The notes below the pieces were generated by a model. The model was not told where the DNA came from. It was given only the letters and a program-made list of their open reading frames with translations, and did no database searches. Shown here piece after piece: positions 13,160-19,505 of a stretch of DNA of 64,000 nt. A program made the position numbers and the translations under genes. How positions within the stretch are numbered: position 1 is the first letter of the stretch; each line of letters begins with the position of its first letter. This DNA is from an uncultured Actinomycetes bacterium (lineage in GTDB: Bacteria; Actinomycetota; UBA4738; HRBIN12). The DNA is taken from contig CAWFKP010000006.1 in the NCBI GenBank assembly GCA_963816425.1, forward strand, positions 747,787 through 811,786, given 5' to 3'.

Positions 13160-13189
13160 TTGACCCCGTCCGCGGGCCCCGGGTAGCCT
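13160..13189 (+). promoter_or_regulatory. Putative sigma70-type promoter of the mau-like operon
   Basis: TTGACC (13160-13165), 18-nt spacer, TAGCCT (13184-13189), 10 nt before GTG 13200. Confidence 0.5.
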
Positions 13190-13199
13190 GCGGCGCGTC

Positions 13200-13850
13200 G
13201 TGACAGTCGACGCCCTCGCGCCCGTCGTCTTCCTCGCCGCAGCCCTTCTCGTGCTCGCCGGTGCGGTCAAGGTGGTCCGCCCGCGCGCGACCGCGCAGGC
13301 GCTCCTGGATGCCGGATTGCCGGGGTCACGCGCGGTCGCGCGCGGGATCGGGGCTGTGGAGATCGCCACGGGGGCCTGGGCGCTCACGGCGCCGGCCGCA
13401 GGGGGCGCGCTCGCGCTCGGGGTCGTGTACCTGTCGTTCGCGGGCTTCCTCGGCTACGTGTTGCGCGCCCATCCCGAGGCCGTGTCGTGCGGGTGCGCGG
13501 GCCCCACCCCCGTGCCGCCGAGCCGCCTCCATCTCGTGCTGAACGTCCTCGCGGGCCTGGCGGGTCTGGCGTATGCGACGACCACGGCGCCGCCCCTCGG
13601 CGCGTGGATCGGTACGTTGGGCTGGGTCGCCGCGCCGATCGTGGCCTCGCTCGCGCTCGCCGGGTGGCTCGCGGTGGTCGCGGTCACCGAGGCGCCCGCC
13701 GCGTTCCGTTCCTGGGAGCCCCCGGTGCACGATCACGACGCGGAGCCCCACGGCCACGACCACGCAGTCGCGGACCACGAGCTCGCGACCGCCGGCATCG
13801 GCCCCGGTCACCCGAGCCTGTGGCCGGGCACGAAGCCGGAGCTCGGATGA
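13200..13850 (+). CDS. MauE/DoxX-family redox membrane protein with His-rich C-terminal tail
   Basis: LAGAVKV...AVEIATG...SCGCAG (compare MauE CGCFG)...HLVLN; tail VHDHDAEPHGHDHAVADHE. Confidence 0.8.
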   Translation: MTVDALAPVVFLAAALLVLAGAVKVVRPRATAQALLDAGLPGSRAVARGIGAVEIATGAWALTAPAAGGALALGVVYLSFAGFLGYVLRAHPEAVSCGCAGPTPVPPSRLHLVLNVLAGLAGLAYATTTAPPLGAWIGTLGWVAAPIVASLALAGWLAVVAVTEAPAAFRSWEPPVHDHDAEPHGHDHAVADHELATAGIGPGHPSLWPGTKPELG

Positions 13851-14419
13851 GCACGGTCCTCGACCTCGCGACTCGAGCGGTTTCGCCGCGCGCGTCGCGC
13901 CGCGCACGCGTCGCCGAGGCCGCAACCGCCCTCGCCGTCGCTCCCATCCGGTTCGCGACGCGACCCGTCTCGGCGGATGCAGTCGTGCGGAAGAGCTGCG
14001 CGAGTTGTCCAGGAGGCAGCCGCTGTTGCGGCTCCTACACCGCGTTCTGCTGCACGCTGCCCGGTGGCGACAACTTCGGGTGCCCGCCGAACACGTTCGT
14101 CGGCGGCTGGTGGCAGTGCAACTACGGCGGCACGAACCTCTGCAGTACGACGAACATGCGCTACTACCTGGACTGCTCGATCAACCCGGGCGCGTCCTGT
14201 CCCGGCGGGTGCCACTGCGGCAACGACGACTGCACGAACTTCAAGACCTGTTGCGTCGTGTTCCGGTACGGGCAGTGCAACACGGACATCCCGTACGTGA
14301 CGCCGATCCAATGCCGCTTGATCACGTGTGTGATCCCGTGTCGGATCGACTGCCTGGACTGCGACTGCTCCTCGGCCGTCGACCAGCACACGTGCCTGCA
14401 CGAGGCGGGCTGTCTGTGA
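13847..14419 (+). CDS. Exported Cys-rich protein (190 aa, 25 Cys), distantly similar to the methylamine dehydrogenase light chain
   Basis: ATGA overlap with the upstream gene; SRR-containing leader; FCC..GG.N.GCPP.T..GGWW.C...RYYLDC resembles MauA CDCSGG..TNCPPGT...SW..SC...AYRDCC. Confidence 0.7.
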   Translation: MSTVLDLATRAVSPRASRRARVAEAATALAVAPIRFATRPVSADAVVRKSCASCPGGSRCCGSYTAFCCTLPGGDNFGCPPNTFVGGWWQCNYGGTNLCSTTNMRYYLDCSINPGASCPGGCHCGNDDCTNFKTCCVVFRYGQCNTDIPYVTPIQCRLITCVIPCRIDCLDCDCSSAVDQHTCLHEAGCL

Positions 14420-15069
14420 GCGTCGGCGCGCTGACCGCGTTGGTGATCGTCGAGACGATCGTCCTCGCGCTGCTCGCCGTCGTGGTCGTGTCGCTGCTGC
14501 GGAGCCACGCCGAGCTGTTGCGCCGCCTGCCCGCGCCCGATGACGAGCAGGAGCATCACGCGCACGGCGCGGCGATGCCGATCGAACGGGCGCCGACGCT
14601 GTCCTCCTCGATCCCGGCGCCGAAGCGCCAGGCGTCCGAGGCCCACGACATCGTCGGCACGACGCTCGGGGGCGATCAGGTGGTCGTCTCGGTCGCGTCC
14701 GGCAGCGATACGTTGTTCGCGTTCCTGTCGACGGGGTGCCTGACGTGTCAGACGTTCTGGGACGGGCTGCGCCCGGGCGTCCGTCGGCCGATGCCTGGCG
14801 ACGCACGGGTGATCGTCGTGGTCAAGGACCCGGCGTTCGAGTCGCCGTCAAAGCTCGCGGCGTTGGCGCCTCCCGATGTGCCCGTGATCCAGTCCTCGCA
14901 GGCGTGGGAGGACTTCGGCGTGCAGATGTCGCCGTACTTCTGTTTCGTCGACGGACGGTCGGGGTCGGTGCGCTCGGAGGGTGCGGCGATGAGCTGGGAG
15001 CAGGTCTCGTCGTTGTTGACCGACGCCCTGTTCGACGAGGCGGCCGCGCGCGCCAAGGGGAGCGGATGA
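14416..15069 (+). CDS. MauD-like membrane-anchored thioredoxin-fold protein (CLTC)
   Basis: GTGA overlap; N-terminal TM; FAFLSTGCLTCQTFW; cis-Pro motif SPYF. Confidence 0.75.
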   Translation: MSVGALTALVIVETIVLALLAVVVVSLLRSHAELLRRLPAPDDEQEHHAHGAAMPIERAPTLSSSIPAPKRQASEAHDIVGTTLGGDQVVVSVASGSDTLFAFLSTGCLTCQTFWDGLRPGVRRPMPGDARVIVVVKDPAFESPSKLAALAPPDVPVIQSSQAWEDFGVQMSPYFCFVDGRSGSVRSEGAAMSWEQVSSLLTDALFDEAAARAKGSG

Positions 15070-15740
15070 GCCCGATCGTCGCCGTGGGGCTCGGCGTCGC
15101 GATCGTGGCCGGCCTCCGATCGACCTGGTCCCCCTGAGGCGTGTCGATGCTGGGGAGCATCACCCCGCTCGGGGAGCGGGGCCGCGGATCGAGATGGTGG
15201 ATCACCGCATCGGCCTATCTCGTCGGGTCGCTGGTGGGCGGCGCGCTCTTCGGCGGGATCGTGGCCGCGGTCGGGGTGGGGATCGGGGTCGGCGGCTGGC
15301 CGACGAGCGCGCGGCTCGCGACGATCGCGGTCGCTTTGGTGATCGGTCTCGCGCTGGACCTGGGCGTCGGCGGTCTTCGACTGCCGACCGTCCGCCGGCA
15401 GGTGGACGAGGAATGGCGCGGCCGCTACCGCGGCTGGGTCTGGGGACTTGCGTTCGGGTTCCAGCTGGCGGTCGGTGTGGTCACGATCGTGACCACCTCG
15501 ACGGTCTATGTCACGTGGCTTGCGGCGGCCCTGAGCGGATCGCTGATCGGGGGCGTCGCGATCGGGCTGGTGTTCGGGGTCGCGCGGGCGGTCCCCGTGT
15601 TCGCCGTCGCGGGCGTGCGCACCCCAGGACAGTTGCTCGGGGTGGATGCGACGCTGCGGCGCTGGGCGCGCCCCGCGCGATCGGCCACATACGCGGCGGC
15701 GGGCGCGCTCGCCGGGGTCGCCGTGGCGGTGGCGCGATGA
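15066..15740 (+). CDS. MauF/CcdA-like multi-TM thiol-redox protein with in-frame TGA (probable selenocysteine, codon 24)
   Basis: ATG 15066 overlaps the upstream stop; reads ...RSTWSP-TGA(15135)-GVSMLGSITPLGERGR and continues in frame into ORF 15141-15740; RRQVDEEW...GFQLAVG..T motif. Confidence 0.75.
15141..15181 (+). promoter_or_regulatory. Candidate bacterial SECIS element
   Basis: GATGCT-GGGG-AGCATC hairpin (15146-15161) begins 8 nt after the TGA; a second hairpin CCCCGCTC-GGG-GAGCGGGG follows (15163-15181). Confidence 0.45.
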
Positions 15741-16189
15741 CGCAGCTGCGGGGCCACGGGCTCGCGCTCACGGTGCGACGAGGCTGGGAGGCGCGCATCT
15801 GGATGCCCGACGCGCCGCCGCCCGCGGAGAACCGGCCGGTGATGCGGCTGGCGAACTTCGCGTTGCCCTCCACGAAGGACACCTACGCCGAGGACATCGC
15901 CGACGAGTTGCGGCAGGGGCAGGTGGTCGCGTCGCTGGTGGAGTTCGCGCCGCGGCTCGCCGATCGCGGGCTCTACGCGCCCCAGGGCGTGCCCGCGTTC
16001 GACCTCGAGGATCTCGATCCGCGCGCTGTGCAGCGTCACCTGCCGGGACGAGCGGGGCTGCAGCGGTTCTTCTCCGTGGGCGGGCGTGCGTTCAGTCTGT
16101 ACGTGATCGCCCGCGACGGCGCCGGTCTCGGCGCCACGCTGCGGGAGCTCCAGACGCAGCTGCTCGCCCTAATGGTGGAGCCGGCATGA
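15737..16189 (+). CDS. Hypothetical soluble protein of the mau-like operon
   Basis: ATGA overlaps at both ends; MTQLRGHGLAL...GWEARI...ANFALP...AGLQRFFSVGGRAFSLYV. Confidence 0.7.
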   Translation: MTQLRGHGLALTVRRGWEARIWMPDAPPPAENRPVMRLANFALPSTKDTYAEDIADELRQGQVVASLVEFAPRLADRGLYAPQGVPAFDLEDLDPRAVQRHLPGRAGLQRFFSVGGRAFSLYVIARDGAGLGATLRELQTQLLALMVEPA

Positions 16190-16782
16190 GCGCGGTCGGC
16201 TGGGTCGTTGCGGCGGTGCTCGGGGTTGCGCTCGTCTGGCTCGGTCTCGCGCTGGCGGGGGCGGTGCGCGAGCTGGCCGCGCTCCGGGAACGGGTCGAGG
16301 CGCTCGAAGGAGCCGCCGACCCGATCAATCTGGACGGCGGGCTCCCGATCGGCAGCCCCGAGCCGGCCTGGTCGTTGACGGCTCCCGACGGGGCCCTGGT
16401 GACGTCGTCGCTGCTCGGGGGCCGGCGACACCTCGTGGTGTTCGCCGACGCCGAGTGTCGCGCGTGCGACGACGTGGTGCCCGAGGTGGTCCGGGCGGCC
16501 GCGGCAGGCGCGCTGCCCCCACTCGCCCTGGTCGGCCGCGGCCGCCCGGACGCGACGCCCGTCGGTTGGCGCGCCGACGACCCGGCGCGGGTGGTGGCCG
16601 GCGTCGAGCGGGACCGCGAGGTGAGCGACGCGTTCCGCGTCGAGGTGAGCCCGTACGTGTTCGTGATCGACGAGGGCGATGCGGTGGTCGCCCAGGGCGG
16701 CGCCGTGACGCTCGCCGATGTCGAGGCGCTCGTGCGCGGCGCGCGCGGCATCCAGATCGTGCCGGGAGCGACCGGTGGCTGA
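16186..16782 (+). CDS. Second MauD-like membrane-anchored thioredoxin (CRAC)
   Basis: N-terminal TM; GLPIGSPEP; VVFADAECRACDDVVP; AFRVEVSPYVFVIDEG. Confidence 0.75.
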   Translation: MSAVGWVVAAVLGVALVWLGLALAGAVRELAALRERVEALEGAADPINLDGGLPIGSPEPAWSLTAPDGALVTSSLLGGRRHLVVFADAECRACDDVVPEVVRAAAAGALPPLALVGRGRPDATPVGWRADDPARVVAGVERDREVSDAFRVEVSPYVFVIDEGDAVVAQGGAVTLADVEALVRGARGIQIVPGATGG

Positions 16783-17041
16783 TCCGATCACCCGCCGCGG
16801 CTTCGTCACCAGGGCGACCGGCCTCGCGCTCGCGAGCGTCGGCCTGGCCGCCGGGCTCGGGCGGGATCGGGCGTCCGCGCATGTGAAGCCCTCGCCGTGC
16901 CGGGTGCGCTGCGAGCCGATCACTCGCACCGGCTGTCTGTGCGGCGGCAACCTGTACCGGTGCTCTGGGTGCGGCGACACGTTCCATGCGTGCATCGACC
17001 GCGACCGATTCGGCTGGTTCTGTCTTCGGCGGGCCTGCTAG
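16775..17041 (+). CDS. Small Tat-exported Cys-rich peptide (88 aa, 9 Cys)
   Basis: GTG 16775; ITRRGFV twin-arginine motif; ASA cleavage site; mature part has 9 Cys and ends in Cys. Confidence 0.7.
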   Translation: MADPITRRGFVTRATGLALASVGLAAGLGRDRASAHVKPSPCRVRCEPITRTGCLCGGNLYRCSGCGDTFHACIDRDRFGWFCLRRAC

Positions 17042-17042
17042 C

Positions 17043-18350
17043 TCAGATCGAGGAGCGCAGCCATACCGCGTAGTTGCTGAACGAGGGCTGGTAGCGATCG
17101 AACGCGACCCGTCGTGTCGAACCGGTGAGCGCCAGCGATGGCTCGTCGTTCGCGCGGAACCTCCCGCGCGTCGCGTCGGTCAGCCGCGTTGGCGCGTCCC
17201 ACGTCGTGCCGCCGTCGGGGGTCTCGACGTACAGGATGTCGATCCGGGAGCCGGCGGCGAAGGGATCGCACGGATGCTTCGCGAGCGTGTTGCGGCGGCA
17301 GCCCGCCACGGCCACCGCGATCCGCGCGGAGCCCAAGGGCAGCACCGCCGGGCCGTAACCGTCGTCGAAACGGGTGCCCGCGATCGTGGTCTGCCACGTG
17401 AACACGGTCGACGGCGCGCCGAGCGTGACCCCGTCGAAGGTGCGCAGCTCGAGGCTCGTGGCGGTGGAGTAGGCGAGCGCCACGCGCGGATCGGCCGGGT
17501 CGGCGGCGCCGCCCACGGCGGGGTAGTGCTGCCCGTCGTTCGGGCTGCGGCCCGTCAGCTGGATCGGTGTCGCGCCGACGAGATCGTCTCCACCGACCGC
17601 CGACGTCAACGCCCGTTGGATGCCGGTGTCGGTTGCGATCCACGCGATCGCCAGGTTGGCGCCGCTGGCGCCGATGTCGGGCAGCCCCGCGTAGCCTTCC
17701 GCGGCACCGAACGGTTTCGACGTCGTCTGTCCGATCGTGGCCTTGGCCCAGCGTCGGCCGTCGTTGTCGCTGTGCGCGATGCGGATCGCGCCGTTGTCCG
17801 CCGAGGTCCACACGGCGAACAACCGGCCGTCGCCGATCGCGACACGCGGATAGTCCACGCGGCCGTTCGTCGGGGACAGGCGTGTGCGCGCCGACCACGT
17901 CTTCCCCTGGTTGCGGCTGACTCGCACCCAGAGCACCCTCGGCGCACCGTGGCGGTATCGGGTGTAGCTGCGCTGCGTCACCCAGCTCGCGACGACGGTG
18001 CTGCCTTCGGCCGCGATCGACACGCGTTCGGCGTGGATCGACGTGGGACTCAGCCGACGTGGCTTGCTCCACGACGGGGGATCAGCTCCGGCCGGGGAAC
18101 GCTGCACGAACACGCCCACGTGCGGCCCCGCGTCGGTCGCGCACCGCTCTGATGGCGGCGGACAGTCGCTCGCCCAGATCGACAGCAGCTTCGAGCCCGT
18201 GGCGGCGAGCGATTTGCCCGGGTTCCAGGCGTAGGCTGCCGAGGCGCGGTGCGGGGCGCCGAACGTCGCCGCGAGCGACGGCGCCGTCCCCGCCAACGCC
18301 GCCGTCACCACAGAGCCGACGACGAGCAGGCGCAGACCGCGGCGTGTCAT
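17043..18350 (-). CDS. Secreted sialidase/BNR (Asp-box)-like beta-propeller protein
   Basis: Signal peptide; Asp-box-like SRNQGKTW, SDNDGRRW, TPDGGTTW. Confidence 0.65.
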   Translation of the reverse strand: MTRRGLRLLVVGSVVTAALAGTAPSLAATFGAPHRASAAYAWNPGKSLAATGSKLLSIWASDCPPPSERCATDAGPHVGVFVQRSPAGADPPSWSKPRRLSPTSIHAERVSIAAEGSTVVASWVTQRSYTRYRHGAPRVLWVRVSRNQGKTWSARTRLSPTNGRVDYPRVAIGDGRLFAVWTSADNGAIRIAHSDNDGRRWAKATIGQTTSKPFGAAEGYAGLPDIGASGANLAIAWIATDTGIQRALTSAVGGDDLVGATPIQLTGRSPNDGQHYPAVGGAADPADPRVALAYSTATSLELRTFDGVTLGAPSTVFTWQTTIAGTRFDDGYGPAVLPLGSARIAVAVAGCRRNTLAKHPCDPFAAGSRIDILYVETPDGGTTWDAPTRLTDATRGRFRANDEPSLALTGSTRRVAFDRYQPSFSNYAVWLRSSI

Positions 18351-18385
18351 GGCTCGGCATCGTACCCGGGGTAGCATCCCCGCAG

Positions 18386-18468
18386 GCCCGGGTGCCGGAA
18401 CGGTAGACGGAGGCGCCTTAAAAGCGCCCGCTCGAAAGGGCGTGTGGGTTCGACTCCCACCCCGGGCA
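18386..18468 (+). tRNA. tRNA-Leu, anticodon UAA (bldA-type, reads TTA)
   Basis: Acceptor stem GCCCGGG/CCCGGGC; anticodon arm GGCGC-CTTAAAA-GCGCC; long variable arm CGCTC-GAAA-GGGCG; T-loop TTCGACT; discriminator A. Confidence 0.95.
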
Positions 18469-18544
18469 CCGAACGTGGAATGACGCATGGCAGGGACGCA
18501 CGGGTTGCGTCAGTCGCCGGTCGCTCTCTCGGTAAGCTGGCGGC

Positions 18545-19402
18545 TTGACCGCCGACAGACTTCGTTCACTGTGGGACTTCGACGATCTCGGTGTCACCGA
18601 GACGCGCATGCGAGCGCAGCTGGACGATGAGACCACCGATGCCGGGCGCGCCGAGGTCCTGAGCCAGCTCGCGCGGGTCGAGGCGTTGCGAGGCGCCTTC
18701 GATGCCGCCGATCGGCTGCTGGACGAAGCGGTGCCGCTCGCGGGCGACGACGCCGTCGCCGGGGCGCGGCTCGCCCTCGAGCGGGGGCGCACCCGCCGAT
18801 CGAGCGGCGATCCGGACGCCGCGCGCCCGCTGTTCGACGCCGCGTTCGCGGCCGCGATGGGCGCCGGCGAGACCTTTATGGCGGTGGACGCGGCGCACAT
18901 GGCGGCACTCGTCGCACCCGGCCGTGACGGGTTCGCTGCCTGGACCGAGCGGGGGATCGAGCTGGCCGGCGGCGACGAGGATGCCCGCTCCTGGCTCGGC
19001 CCGCTCTACAACAACATCGGATGGGAGTACTACGAGGCGGGGGAGTTCGAAGAAGCGCTCACGGCATTCCGACAGGGGCTCGCGGTTCGCGAGGAGGCGT
19101 CGGAGGAAGAGCAGCCCGTCGAGATCGCCCGATATGCGGTCGGGAAGGCCCTGCGCGCGCTCGGAGGTCCGACGAGGCGGTACCGCTGCTCGAGCGGGCC
19201 GTCGCGTGGGCCACCGCGGCCGGCGCACCCGACGGCTGGTTCCACGAGGAGCTCGCCTTGGAGTACGCGGCGCTCGGTCGCGATACGGACGCTGCGGTGC
19301 AGGCGCGTGCGGCGATGCCTTTGCTCGAACGCGACGATCCGCGACGTCGCGCCGGATGATGAGCGGATCGCCGAACTCAGGAAGATCGCAGCGGCCGAGT
19401 AG
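18545..19402 (+). CDS. Tetratricopeptide-repeat protein (two compensating frameshifts near 19165 and 19340)
   Basis: LWDFDD...LERGR...SSG...AVDAAHM...WLGPLYNNIGW; segment DEAVPLLERA...GWFHEELA lies in an alternate frame. Confidence 0.75.
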   Translation: MTADRLRSLWDFDDLGVTETRMRAQLDDETTDAGRAEVLSQLARVEALRGAFDAADRLLDEAVPLAGDDAVAGARLALERGRTRRSSGDPDAARPLFDAAFAAAMGAGETFMAVDAAHMAALVAPGRDGFAAWTERGIELAGGDEDARSWLGPLYNNIGWEYYEAGEFEEALTAFRQGLAVREEASEEEQPVEIARYAVGKALRALGGPTRRYRCSSGPSRGPPRPAHPTAGSTRSSPWSTRRSVAIRTLRCRRVRRCLCSNATIRDVAPDDERIAELRKIAAAE

Positions 19403-19505
19403 CCGCGTTGGGCGCCGGTTCCCGCCCAACGTGACCTCAGAAACGCCGTCGTGACGAACGCTGCGCGCGTTTGACCCTGGGGGTGCCTAAGAGCACAATC
19501 CGTCG

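Noticed and set aside
13200-17041. Canonical methylamine dehydrogenase (mau) operon
   Set aside because: No MauB heavy chain, MauG di-heme enzyme or amicyanin in the operon, and the TTQ Trp positions are not evident
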